Below, one piece after another: positions 38,674 to 49,141 of a stretch of 64,000 nt of DNA (position 1 is the stretch's first letter; every line of letters begins with the position of its first letter). The notes below the pieces were generated by a model. It was not told where the DNA came from, did not search any database, and was given only the letters and a program-made list of their open reading frames with translations. A program made the position numbers and the translations under genes. The stretch is from the sequence record OR844650.1. One strand, given 5' to 3'.

Positions 38674-39171
38674 TTAGTAGTTAATTAAAATTTGTTCTAA
38701 CTTCCCAGCTAAACTTTTTTGGACATCTGATGGATACTTACTAATATAATCACGGTCTATACCAACTTTAAGGTAAGTAAAATTACCAGTTACTGTTTCA
38801 GCAAATGTTCCGGTAGTTCCTTGTTGTCTAATTAAATCCCCACCATTTGGATTTAAAATAACCATATCAGTAAATTCAAGATAATAATTACAACTTTCAG
38901 TGAATTTAATTGGAAACCAATCATCATCAGTAGGATTACTAGCTAATGTAGCTAATACATAAATTCTACCAATAAAATTACGTAGTGTAAATGAAATAGT
39001 ATGTAAACCTGTAGTACATCCATAGTAGCCACCACTTGCGAGTGGTAACGTTTGTTCATTCCAGTGATAATCCAAGTTAGCTGGATACCAGCTATCAGAT
39101 TCAGGAAAATCTTGCCATGAACCATCTTTTGTTTTTCTTCTGAAGAGAAAGTCTTTTGATCTTAATGCCAT
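38674..39171 (-). CDS. Hypothetical (probably structural) protein
   Basis: 165-aa ORF with RBS AAGG and late-like AATAAATA at 39204-39211 on the minus strand. Confidence 0.6.
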   Translation of the reverse strand: MALRSKDFLFRRKTKDGSWQDFPESDSWYPANLDYHWNEQTLPLASGGYYGCTTGLHTISFTLRNFIGRIYVLATLASNPTDDDWFPIKFTESCNYYLEFTDMVILNPNGGDLIRQQGTTGTFAETVTGNFTYLKVGIDRDYISKYPSDVQKSLAGKLEQILINY

Positions 39172-39281
39172 TGTTTAAGCCCTTTTAGTAGTGAACTTTC
39201 ATTTATTTATTAATGATAACGAAATGTATTTTGTACTGATAAATATTGGTATATGACATTAACTCATACAAGGGAAATATT

Positions 39282-40409
39282 ATGACAATTTCATTTAACA
39301 ATGGGTCCAGTGGTTCATGTAATAACTCCGGCATCAAAAGTCTAGTTATTAATGGTGCTGGGCATTTAATTGTAACCTATGCAGATAACACAATTCAAGA
39401 TTTAGGTCTTGTTGTAGGACAGAATGGCGAGAATGGTAAAAACTTTTATCCTAATGAGATTGGTTTTGAAATTCCTTCCGAACAATTTAAAGTTGGTGAA
39501 CCACTTGGGTGGTGCTACTTAAGCTTGGCTAACAATACCAGTACTCTATACTTTAAATCAAATGATGCACAAGATCCGACAAGTACATGGATTAGTGTTG
39601 AGTTTGGTAAAGGTGATACGGGTGAAGCGGGTAAGCCGTTCCACATTGATAGTGCTGGAACTACTTTCCCAACAACTGGTCTTTTTGATAACTATACATT
39701 TTATAATACTCAAGATGGTAAACTTTATTTCTATCAAAGTGTAACTGCTACTTGGAGTGATGGTATACCTTTCCGTGGTGAACAAGGTCCGCGTGGTCGT
39801 TTCCATATTGATAGCAGTGGTGATCAATTTCCAAGTATTGAAAATCTTCCAGTTGATTATTGTTTTTATAACAACACTGATGGAAAACTATATTATGTTG
39901 ATGAAGTAACTACAACTACCCCTCCTTCAAAAGAGTGGAGTGAGGGTATTCTATTCCGTGGTAAAGAAGGTCAGCAAGGTATTCAAGGTATACAAGGCGA
40001 ACCAGGTGCACCAGGTAAAGATACAATTTCTATTAGAAATACAATAGATAGCTCATGGACTAACGCACTATTAGTTATTGGTACGTGTCCTGCTGGATAT
40101 GTAGTTTCTAATATTGATGTAAACGTTATACAACCTTATTCTCTTCCTGTAACTGATATGTTTGTACGTTTTGGTGGTGAAGCACAAGAAGATATTGGTG
40201 GGACTGTAATTGCACCAACTTCCTACTTTGATATCAATCGTCAGATGCGTTTTATTGTTAATGAAACTAATCATGCAGCATCCGATGTTGATGAAATTAT
40301 TTCATGTGTATTCAACGATTCTGTTAACAACAGTCCTTATGGAAAAATGGAAATTATTTGTACTCTTTCATGGCAAGCTCCTATCCAACCGATTCAAGAT
40401 AATATTTAA
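39282..40409 (+). CDS. Collagen-like repeat-containing fibre/structural protein
   Basis: G-X-Y stretches (GQQGIQGIQGEPGAPG) and two ~55-aa repeats; late-like GATAAATA at 39238-39245; start at MTISF. Confidence 0.65.
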   Translation: MTISFNNGSSGSCNNSGIKSLVINGAGHLIVTYADNTIQDLGLVVGQNGENGKNFYPNEIGFEIPSEQFKVGEPLGWCYLSLANNTSTLYFKSNDAQDPTSTWISVEFGKGDTGEAGKPFHIDSAGTTFPTTGLFDNYTFYNTQDGKLYFYQSVTATWSDGIPFRGEQGPRGRFHIDSSGDQFPSIENLPVDYCFYNNTDGKLYYVDEVTTTTPPSKEWSEGILFRGKEGQQGIQGIQGEPGAPGKDTISIRNTIDSSWTNALLVIGTCPAGYVVSNIDVNVIQPYSLPVTDMFVRFGGEAQEDIGGTVIAPTSYFDINRQMRFIVNETNHAASDVDEIISCVFNDSVNNSPYGKMEIICTLSWQAPIQPIQDNI

Positions 40410-40423
40410 GGGAGGATGTCATA

Positions 40424-42565
40424 ATGGCAGTATTTTCTAATTTTGAAGGAACTATGCAGCCCAAATTCATATTGGGGAAAAAAGGTGCTTCAATAAATTT
40501 TATCAATGATTCAGTTTCTATAAAAGATTATCTAGGAGAACAGTTCCTACCACTGAAGGTAGGAACTTCATCTGACCCTAATTCAGCAGTTAACGTAAAA
40601 TATCTTGAAGATAACCCTAATGCATTATTTGGTGTTGTACCCCCTACCGATGATGTAGGAAAGAACAATAATACGTATTTTCAAATTGATGAAGATGGTA
40701 TTGTTGATATTTTTGCAAAAAGTAATGGTACATGGGTAAAATCATTATACATTAATAAAAAAGTTCTATCCAGTAAAAATGGTGGCGATTTCATCGGACT
40801 TATTACTGGAGGTACAGTTCAACAGGCCCAGTTTTATATAACACCAGAAGAATTTGGTGCTAAAGGTGATGGCGAAACTGATGACACTGCTGCTGTAAAT
40901 TTATGTGCTGCTTATGCTAAAGAAAATAAAATCCAAATTCAGGCTGGTGGTAATTACCGTATCAAAACTGCAATATACCTGGAAGATGTAACTTGGTTTG
41001 GGGGAACTATTACTGGTAATGGTGGTACTATGGTATCCGTTATTAATTCCCAAATACAATTTGCAACACTTACTGGATGTTATTTAAAATTCTTCGGTGG
41101 CGATGGTAAGTTTTATTTTAATAAATTTATAAACATCACAAGTACTGCTGCATTTTTAATGCAAGGTATGACACAACCAGGAACAATAGATTTTTGCTTT
41201 AATGAAATGACCCAATGTAAGTATGGTGTTCTTCAACAAGGTACTGGTGAGAAAATGAAGGTTGGTAGATATTCATATAACCACATACATGATATATATG
41301 GTGATGCAATTGAACTAAACGTAATTAACTCACATTATCCTGATGGTTTTGTGATTGAAGGAAACGTAATTGAAAACGTTGATGGTTCTAACGCTCCAAT
41401 CCCACTTTCAAACTGGGGCATTGGTATTGGCGTTGCTGGTTCTGGTCCTTATGGTTTAGATGCACCAGATACACAATATGTCAGAAACTTTGTTATTAAA
41501 AATAACAGACTATATAATGTTAGACAATGTATCCACGTTGAATTAGGAATGGACTTTAAAATACTTAATAATGAAGTTTATCCATCATCTTTAGTTTCTG
41601 TTGGTACTGGATTAACCACTGCTGGTGTTATAACTTATGGTTCGAAAGAATTCATTATTGATGGGTTGACTGGTCATTTGCTTAATGATCCTTCTATCAC
41701 AAATAGAATGGTTTCAATAAACTGGGGTGTAACTTCTGGTCGTTTTGCTGGACCACCTAGAAACTTTAAAATTTCTAATCTCTATATTCCAGAGTCTTCT
41801 ATACTTGTTTATACTTCCGGTTCTGATAATTGGTTAAATAATACAGAATTGAGCAATATCACCTGTTCTAAAATCCTTTGGCGTGGTTTGCCATCATCAT
41901 CTAAATTTAGTGATATTAGAACTAAAGAATTAGATGTAATTGGTCAACACCTCTCTACCGAAGGCGAAGGTGGTGGTATCTATACTCGCTCTAAATATAC
42001 TTATACTAATTGGACTAACTGTGTTGTTCAAGATGATTGTAATGTTTCAAAATATAGTTTTTCTAAAATGTATGTAGACAGAATAGACCAATCATCTAAT
42101 AACTTTAAAGTTACAACTGCAATCGATGGTACAGGACACCGTGGCCCAGTACTGATACCTGTAGTTGAGCAATATTATATTCCATACGATACTTTTCCTG
42201 GGGGACGCTATTTCTCTGAAGGCACGATTATTCATAAACAATCGGGTGGAAAATATATTGTAACTGTTGGTGGTTCTTTTTTCGGAAAATATGACACAAT
42301 TAGACAAACGGTAGCAGGACAAACATACATAGAAGCATTGGGTGTGTCATGGGGTGAAAACCAATATGCAAAAGCTGCTGGTACTGAGATCATTATATCC
42401 GGTGCTGGTGAAAATGGTGGTGATTTGAGAACGTATATAACTCGTGCAGTGTATGTTGTAAACAACGTATATAGAATTGATATTGCAGATCCTATCATAA
42501 CAGCAACTGCCGCTGGTGCAGCATTAAAAGCTGCCCAACCCGTAACTTACATAACCCTACCATAA
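40424..42565 (+). CDS. Tailspike depolymerase, WcaM-like beta-helix (probable colanic-acid depolymerase)
   Basis: PEEFGAKGDGETDDTAA spike motif. GDAIELNV...NWGIGIGVAGS...RQCIHVE recalls WcaM (GDAIEWNV...NWGIGIGLAGS...RQLVHVE, from memory). Confidence 0.75.
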   Translation: MAVFSNFEGTMQPKFILGKKGASINFINDSVSIKDYLGEQFLPLKVGTSSDPNSAVNVKYLEDNPNALFGVVPPTDDVGKNNNTYFQIDEDGIVDIFAKSNGTWVKSLYINKKVLSSKNGGDFIGLITGGTVQQAQFYITPEEFGAKGDGETDDTAAVNLCAAYAKENKIQIQAGGNYRIKTAIYLEDVTWFGGTITGNGGTMVSVINSQIQFATLTGCYLKFFGGDGKFYFNKFINITSTAAFLMQGMTQPGTIDFCFNEMTQCKYGVLQQGTGEKMKVGRYSYNHIHDIYGDAIELNVINSHYPDGFVIEGNVIENVDGSNAPIPLSNWGIGIGVAGSGPYGLDAPDTQYVRNFVIKNNRLYNVRQCIHVELGMDFKILNNEVYPSSLVSVGTGLTTAGVITYGSKEFIIDGLTGHLLNDPSITNRMVSINWGVTSGRFAGPPRNFKISNLYIPESSILVYTSGSDNWLNNTELSNITCSKILWRGLPSSSKFSDIRTKELDVIGQHLSTEGEGGGIYTRSKYTYTNWTNCVVQDDCNVSKYSFSKMYVDRIDQSSNNFKVTTAIDGTGHRGPVLIPVVEQYYIPYDTFPGGRYFSEGTIIHKQSGGKYIVTVGGSFFGKYDTIRQTVAGQTYIEALGVSWGENQYAKAAGTEIIISGAGENGGDLRTYITRAVYVVNNVYRIDIADPIITATAAGAALKAAQPVTYITLP

Positions 42566-42581
42566 AGGAGATTATATTAAA

Positions 42582-43478
42582 ATGGCAGTTTTTTCTAATT
42601 TAGAAGGAACCATGAAGAAGTCCTTCATTCTTGGGAAGAATGGTGCACAGATTACCACAAATGGTAGTGTTGTGCAAATTCAAAACTACTCAGGAACACA
42701 ACTTCTTCCAATTTCAGCAGGTGAACCAACTGCAAACACACACTTGGTTACATTAGGATATTTAAACGCACACAGTGGTGGTGGTAGTTCTGGTATCTTA
42801 CGTGGAACAACAGCACCATCCGATTCGATCGGTCTAGATGGTGACGTTTACTTTTTGGTTGATAGTACTAATGTTCTTCAAATTTATATTAAAGATCTTG
42901 GTATTTGGAAACCATTTAAAGGTAGCTCACCTGGGACTGATAGCTCATATGTAACTACTGAAATAGTTCCTGTTTCTGCATTTACATTAGTGCCAGATAC
43001 TACTGATCATTATACTTACACACTACCAGAATCAGTTCATGGTAGAGGTTCTGATATTATGATCCAACTACAAGGTGACCCAGGTAATGTTGCATTGGAA
43101 TCAGTATTCCAAACCACAGTAACAGTTAGTGGTATTGGGGATATAACAATTGATGTGATTGGTCAAATCACAGATTATGCAAGTGTTAAAGTAAACATTA
43201 TAGGAGCAACAACAATGACAGTACCTTATAGTAAATTGGTAAACCAAGCAGATTGGGTTTCTAGTGATGGTGATTTTACAATCACTATTCCTGCATCTGA
43301 ACACAATCAAACACCAGATAATTTGTATATTTCAATTTATGCAAATAAAACACCTGGGAGTGTTTCGTCATCTCCATTTGAATTGGTAGTGACTGATACA
43401 CAAATTAGTAGTACTGGTGATGTAATCTTCACTTCTGATATTTCTTTCAGTGGTAAGATTGTCATCTCTGGTAAGTAA
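42582..43478 (+). CDS. Tail fibre/spike adaptor sharing its N-terminal module with the upstream tailspike
   Basis: MAVFSNLEGTMKKSFILGK versus MAVFSNFEGTMQPKFILGK. Confidence 0.6.
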   Translation: MAVFSNLEGTMKKSFILGKNGAQITTNGSVVQIQNYSGTQLLPISAGEPTANTHLVTLGYLNAHSGGGSSGILRGTTAPSDSIGLDGDVYFLVDSTNVLQIYIKDLGIWKPFKGSSPGTDSSYVTTEIVPVSAFTLVPDTTDHYTYTLPESVHGRGSDIMIQLQGDPGNVALESVFQTTVTVSGIGDITIDVIGQITDYASVKVNIIGATTMTVPYSKLVNQADWVSSDGDFTITIPASEHNQTPDNLYISIYANKTPGSVSSSPFELVVTDTQISSTGDVIFTSDISFSGKIVISGK

Positions 43479-43485
43479 AAAAATT

Positions 43486-43520
43486 AACCAGACTTGTTCT
43501 AAATAAGTCTGGTTTTTATT
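43486..43520 (+). terminator. Intrinsic terminator
   Basis: AACCAGACTT/AAGTCTGGTT stem followed by a T-rich tail. Confidence 0.75.
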
Positions 43521-43615
43521 ATATTTGCTTTTGTCAAATAACATATTAATTGTTGGATAACAGCATAATAAAACTAAATATATACATATTAACAAGGTTA
43601 TAATGGAGGGTATAA

Positions 43616-46600
43616 ATGTACTCAATAAAAACTGACTTAGATATTACTGGTGCTGGTACGGTTGGTAAGGATCTTTTAGTCAAAGGAAATGCTGTTTTCA
43701 ACAATAACCTAACTGTAAATGGTACTGTAACTTTTGCAAATGCAACTTTTACTGCCATTGAATCATCAACTGCCAACATTACATCTACTTTAGATGTAGG
43801 TGGCAAAGCAACACTTTCTGGTGGTCTTGGTGTTGAGGGTAATACTACAATCGGTAGTGCAGTTGTCGGGTCTGATACAGCAACAATTAATTCAAACGCT
43901 ACCTTTAACGGTACTGTATCAGTTGGTTCTGATTTTACACAAACTGCTGGTACAACCACTCTACAAGCAACTAAAGTTAAAAACTTAGAAGTTGCTGAAA
44001 CAACAGCATTTAAAGGTAATATTACTGCTGATGTTGGGACTACTGCTGCATTTGATAAAATTACTGCTAATACCGCAGAAATTACTAATGTAAGTACAAC
44101 AGATATTAGTAGTACTGGTACTGCTACATTTAACGATGTGACAATTAGTGGTACACTTGGTGGTGAGTTTAATCTATCTGACTTAAATGCAGTAACATTG
44201 AACGTTACTGGTGCATCTAACCAACAAGGTGCAGTAACTTTCGGTGCTAACGTAACTGGTATTAACAGTACTGCTACTTTTAAAGACATTCGTATTGGTT
44301 CTAACTCTGAATCACAAACCTTCAGATTAAGCTTCCCTTACACTGCTCCTGGTAAACGCCCAACTGTTATTCTACAAAACGAAATTCAGTCCGAGCTAAT
44401 GTCACCTGCAAACTTGACAGTATTGACCTCTGCTTCTTTTGGTAATGCGTCATTATCTTCTTATGGTATTACTGGTAATGGTCTAAACAAATTAGATTAT
44501 CTAACAGTTTCTGGTAACAATACACAATCACCAGACACACCACTATTAGAAGTTCAAAAAGGAAAAACTAAAGTTGCTGACTTTGAAGTAACCGGAACTG
44601 CAACTATTCCAAATATCGAAAGTACTGGTACTGCTAATTTTAATAACATTAATGTTTCTGGTCTTCTTGGTGGAACGTTCCAACTAGACGATATTAATGC
44701 AGTATCTTTGAACGTTACTGGTGTAACTTCATTAGTTGGTGGTGTTACTCTTGGTTCTAATATTACTGGTTATAACAGTACTGCATCCTTTAAAGCTATC
44801 AGCTTAGGTCAAAATAGTCAAGATGCGGCAGTGAAACTAGGTTTTGGATATACTGCACCAGGTCAACGCCCAACAGTTATTCTACCTAACGAAGTTCAAT
44901 CAGAAGTCGTTTCTCCTTCTACATTGAACGTTCTTAAAACAGCAACTTTCGGTAACGCTTCTCTTTCCACTTATGGTATTACTGGTAACGGTCTAAACAA
45001 ACTAGATTACCTAACTATTACTGGTAACGAAACACAAGCTCCAGGTACACCATTCCTACAAGTTGGTGGTAAAGCAATTCTTAATGATGTTGAATTTACT
45101 GGAACAGTAACTGGACTAACTGTTGATGTTAGTGGGCAGGATCTAACACCTAATTCTGTTGTCGCGGCAGCAAATATTAAAGGTGCAACACTTGAAAGTA
45201 CTGGTAACACTACCGTGGGTGCTAAACTAACTGTTACTGGTGATATTGCTGGTACAACTGCAACTCTTTCTGGTGCATTATCCGCTGGTTCAGTAAGTTC
45301 TGGTTCTATTACTGGTACAACTTCTGTATCTGCACCAACAATTAGTGCATCTACTGAAGTAACGGCCCCTACTATCACTGCGAGTGGAACTGTAAGTGGG
45401 CAAACAATTAACGGTACTAATATTAGTGCAACAACTCTGACTGCACCAACTATTAGTGGTAATACTAACTTTACAGAAAATGTTGATATTACTGGTAGCT
45501 TAACTGTTGGTTCTCTAGACTTGAGCACTACCGATATTAATGCTAAATCAATCACTACTACTGCTGGTGCAACTATTGGTGGTGATTTAGTAGTTCAAGG
45601 CTCTTTTGATTTATCAGCAGCCGACCTTAATGTTAAATCATTAACTACTTCTGGTATTGTTAAAAGTAATGATCTTGTTAATGCTAACGTACTTCCAGTA
45701 CTTAATAGTACTACCATAACGGCAACTACTGTTAATGCTGATGATATAACTGTTACCGGATCTGCTAATTTGGGTACAATTTACTCAAGCTCATCTGTTC
45801 TAGTTGGGTCAACTTTAACTGTAACTGGTGAAACTGCAACTGCATCGTTGGTTACCCCAACCATTTCAAATGCAAGTGGTGTCACTATTTCCAATAATAC
45901 AAATGTAACTGGTGACCTAACTGTTACTGGTGCAGTTATTCCAGGCTCTATCGATCTAGCAACAACTGATGTTAATGCTAAATCCATTACTACTACTGCT
46001 GGTGCAACTATTGGTGGTAACCTAACTGTTAATGGTACAGTAGATCTTACTACGGCTGATGTTACTGTCAAATCTTTAACTAGTACTGGTGCAATTGTTA
46101 GTAATGAATCCACAATTAGTAGTGTTCTACCTAAACTTCAAAGTACTGATGCAACTATTGCAACCCTTGGTTCAACAACTGCAAATATTACTAATTTGAA
46201 TGTTACTGGTGCATCTACCGTAGCTGACGTAACTTCTTCAGGTAAAGTTAAAGCAGTTTCTGTAGAAACCCCAACAATTAGTAACGTTGATGGTGTATCT
46301 ATTTCCAATAATACATCTATTACTGGTGACCTAACAGTTTCTGGTACAGTAACACCAGGTGCAATTGATTTGAGCACAACTGATGTAAGTGCAAAATCCA
46401 TTACTACTACCGCTGGAGCAAATATTGGTGGAGATCTTGTTGTTTCTGGTACAGTTGATTTAAGTGGTGCTGATGTATCTGTTAAATCTCTAACAAGTAC
46501 TGGTATTATTACAGTTAGTAGTGCAGAAGGTATCAACGTTCTACCTAAAGTTCAAAGTACTGAAGTTACAGTGTCTGCTCTAAATGCAACAAATGCAGTA

Positions 46601-49141
46601 GTTTCTGGTGATGTTTCAGCAGCAACAGCTTCAATCTCAGGTGCAATTACTGGTGGGTCAGCAACACTATCTGGTGTTGGAACTGCTCTAAATGTAACTA
46701 ATAACGCAACTGTTGGTGGTGTACTTACTGTTGGTTCTATTACTTCAGCGGCAGAAAATGTATCCATTACTAAAAATACCGCGATTACTGGTAATTTAGC
46801 AGTATCTGGAACACTAACTGCGGGTGTTATTGATCTTAGCACAACTGATGTGTCTGTGAAGACATTAACTTCTCTAGGTGATGCAACCGTTCAAGGTAAC
46901 TTAACTGTTGATGGTACTATTAACCTAAGTTCTGCAAACATCGTCGGTGTAACACTAGAAAGTACTGGCTCCACTACCGTAGGTACTGATTTGATACTAA
47001 CTACTGGTAACATTACAGGTAGTCCATCTATTTCTGGTAACTTAGGTGTAACTGGCACTACAACTTTAACTGGTGCAACAACAGTTTCAAATACATTGAA
47101 TACTGCTGGTAAACTAACAGTTAATGCTGGTGGAATTCAGGTTGTTGCTGGTGGTATACAAGTTGATTCTGGAACTATTACTGCTTCTAGTGCTAATATT
47201 TCTGGTAGCTCAACACTTAATAGTGCTACTGTAACCACTACACTAGGTGTTACTGGTGCAGCAAGTATGAATGGTGGTTTAACTGCTTCTACATTGGATG
47301 TAACAGGTGATAGTACAGTACAAAAACTAACTGTTAAGGGTGTATTTGTTCCTGAAGGTGGTTTGGACTTATCCGGTGCTGATCTTAGTGTGAATAGCGT
47401 AACTGCGGCAACCACATTAAGTGTTACTGGTGCTAGTACTCTAACTGGTGGTGTTTCCACTTCAACTGTTACTGCATCCGGTAAGGTAACCGCACAAGAA
47501 CTAAGTACTGGTACATTGGATGTAACCACAAATGGAACTGTTGGTGGAACTTTAGGTGTAACTGGTAAAGCAACTGTTGGATCACTAGATTCAGGTGCAA
47601 TCTCTGCAACATCTGGTACATTTAGTACTACACTAGATGTGACTGGTGCAGCGACCTTTGGTAATAATGTTAACATTACTGGTACATTAACCCCAGGTGC
47701 ATTGGATTTAGCTAGTACTGATGTAGTTGCTAACAGTCTTTCTGTAGCTACAACTCTACATTCAGATGGCAACGCAACAATTGGTGGCACATTAGGCGTA
47801 ACTGGTGCAGTATCTGCTCCATCAATCGCTCTTAATGGTGAAGGTGCTGCGTTAGCAGTTACTAATAACGCAACAATTGGTGGTACATTAGGTGTAACTG
47901 GTGCTACAACTTTAGGTTCTCTAACAACCTCTGGTGCAGTTAAAACTGGTGCTGATGTTATTATCGGTACTAAAATTGGCGATCAACCAGAGACAGTTCA
48001 GATTTTCCCTAATACTTACATTGCTGGCTCCTTGCGTGTAGATGGTGGTATCAACGCTGATATTGACGTTAGTGGTCAAACAATTGAACCTTATGCAGTT
48101 GTTGCGGCGGACACTATTAGTGCAGCGGGTAATATTACTTCTGGTGCAGAGTTGATTTCCAAATCAGCAACTATTGGTGATGTTGGTTCACAAAACAACA
48201 ACTTAACAATCAATGGTAACGTAGTTAACAACGGTAACTTTACAGTAACTGGTCTACTTAACGCAACACTAAACCAAGCAAACTCTGACGTGGCTGTTAA
48301 ATCATTAACTGCAACCAACAGTGTTGCTGCTGGTACTAGTATTACCGCAGGTACAAGTATTACTGCAACTGGTCTACTAAAAGGGAACACCCTTGAAGTA
48401 ACTACTACTGGTTCATTTGGTGGTGCAGTAACAATGTCAAGTGGTGCTAACATTACTGGAACCGTTGGAATTACTTCTGGTAACCTAACTGTTGGTGGTG
48501 ATATTTCTGCAACAGGTACTGCAACCCTAGCAGCAACTTCAGTAACTACCATTACTACTTCTGGTGCAGCAACACTTGCTAGTGCATCTGTTACTGGAGC
48601 AGCAACAATCGGTGGTACTTTAACTGTTACTGGTTTAATGACTGCAAATGGTAGTGTTGTTTTAGGTGACGCTGCTGCTGATACATTAACTGTCAATGCA
48701 ACATCTTCTTTCAAAGAAAATGCAGTATTTGATAAAGATGTAACTGTAACTGGTCAATTAACAACTACTAATGCTGACCTAACTACTACAACAGTAACTA
48801 CTAAAAAATATGATGTTATTCCTAATCAAGTAACTTCTTCTGTTATCGCACCAACTGGTACTTGGACCCCAGACGGTACTAGCAACGTATACTTTATCAC
48901 TCTAGATCAAGATACCACTCTAGCACCAATCACTGGTCTAATCGGTGGTGGTAAAGCATCTTCAGTATACATTTATGTGAAACAAGATGCAACAGGTAAT
49001 AGAAACTTTACTACTGATGGTACTTATGCGGTTGTTGATGGCACACTGAACAAAACTGCAAACTCTGTAACTATCTACCAAGTCATTTATGACGGTGTGA
49101 GTCCAGTAACAGATATGTTTATTGCACAACGTACTGCTTAA
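43616..49141 (+). CDS. Long repetitive tail fibre (1841 aa, Thr/Gly/Val/Ala/Ser-rich beta-solenoid)
   Basis: Short-period L.V.G...I.G.L repeats plus large internal duplications; RBS GGAGG. Confidence 0.75.
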   Translation: MYSIKTDLDITGAGTVGKDLLVKGNAVFNNNLTVNGTVTFANATFTAIESSTANITSTLDVGGKATLSGGLGVEGNTTIGSAVVGSDTATINSNATFNGTVSVGSDFTQTAGTTTLQATKVKNLEVAETTAFKGNITADVGTTAAFDKITANTAEITNVSTTDISSTGTATFNDVTISGTLGGEFNLSDLNAVTLNVTGASNQQGAVTFGANVTGINSTATFKDIRIGSNSESQTFRLSFPYTAPGKRPTVILQNEIQSELMSPANLTVLTSASFGNASLSSYGITGNGLNKLDYLTVSGNNTQSPDTPLLEVQKGKTKVADFEVTGTATIPNIESTGTANFNNINVSGLLGGTFQLDDINAVSLNVTGVTSLVGGVTLGSNITGYNSTASFKAISLGQNSQDAAVKLGFGYTAPGQRPTVILPNEVQSEVVSPSTLNVLKTATFGNASLSTYGITGNGLNKLDYLTITGNETQAPGTPFLQVGGKAILNDVEFTGTVTGLTVDVSGQDLTPNSVVAAANIKGATLESTGNTTVGAKLTVTGDIAGTTATLSGALSAGSVSSGSITGTTSVSAPTISASTEVTAPTITASGTVSGQTINGTNISATTLTAPTISGNTNFTENVDITGSLTVGSLDLSTTDINAKSITTTAGATIGGDLVVQGSFDLSAADLNVKSLTTSGIVKSNDLVNANVLPVLNSTTITATTVNADDITVTGSANLGTIYSSSSVLVGSTLTVTGETATASLVTPTISNASGVTISNNTNVTGDLTVTGAVIPGSIDLATTDVNAKSITTTAGATIGGNLTVNGTVDLTTADVTVKSLTSTGAIVSNESTISSVLPKLQSTDATIATLGSTTANITNLNVTGASTVADVTSSGKVKAVSVETPTISNVDGVSISNNTSITGDLTVSGTVTPGAIDLSTTDVSAKSITTTAGANIGGDLVVSGTVDLSGADVSVKSLTSTGIITVSSAEGINVLPKVQSTEVTVSALNATNAVVSGDVSAATASISGAITGGSATLSGVGTALNVTNNATVGGVLTVGSITSAAENVSITKNTAITGNLAVSGTLTAGVIDLSTTDVSVKTLTSLGDATVQGNLTVDGTINLSSANIVGVTLESTGSTTVGTDLILTTGNITGSPSISGNLGVTGTTTLTGATTVSNTLNTAGKLTVNAGGIQVVAGGIQVDSGTITASSANISGSSTLNSATVTTTLGVTGAASMNGGLTASTLDVTGDSTVQKLTVKGVFVPEGGLDLSGADLSVNSVTAATTLSVTGASTLTGGVSTSTVTASGKVTAQELSTGTLDVTTNGTVGGTLGVTGKATVGSLDSGAISATSGTFSTTLDVTGAATFGNNVNITGTLTPGALDLASTDVVANSLSVATTLHSDGNATIGGTLGVTGAVSAPSIALNGEGAALAVTNNATIGGTLGVTGATTLGSLTTSGAVKTGADVIIGTKIGDQPETVQIFPNTYIAGSLRVDGGINADIDVSGQTIEPYAVVAADTISAAGNITSGAELISKSATIGDVGSQNNNLTINGNVVNNGNFTVTGLLNATLNQANSDVAVKSLTATNSVAAGTSITAGTSITATGLLKGNTLEVTTTGSFGGAVTMSSGANITGTVGITSGNLTVGGDISATGTATLAATSVTTITTSGAATLASASVTGAATIGGTLTVTGLMTANGSVVLGDAAADTLTVNATSSFKENAVFDKDVTVTGQLTTTNADLTTTTVTTKKYDVIPNQVTSSVIAPTGTWTPDGTSNVYFITLDQDTTLAPITGLIGGGKASSVYIYVKQDATGNRNFTTDGTYAVVDGTLNKTANSVTIYQVIYDGVSPVTDMFIAQRTA

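Noticed and set aside
43518-43537. TTGACA and TATAAT on the minus strand after the 43478 gene
   Set aside because: Only 8 nt apart, incompatible with a sigma70 promoter.
43546-48714. Several long antisense ORFs (43546-44289, 45007-45555, 47137-47790, 48091-48714, etc.) opposite the fibre gene
   Set aside because: Shadow frames expected from the Thr/Gly/Val-rich, NNT-biased sense codons; no RBS or promoters, and low-complexity Val/Pro/Ala products.
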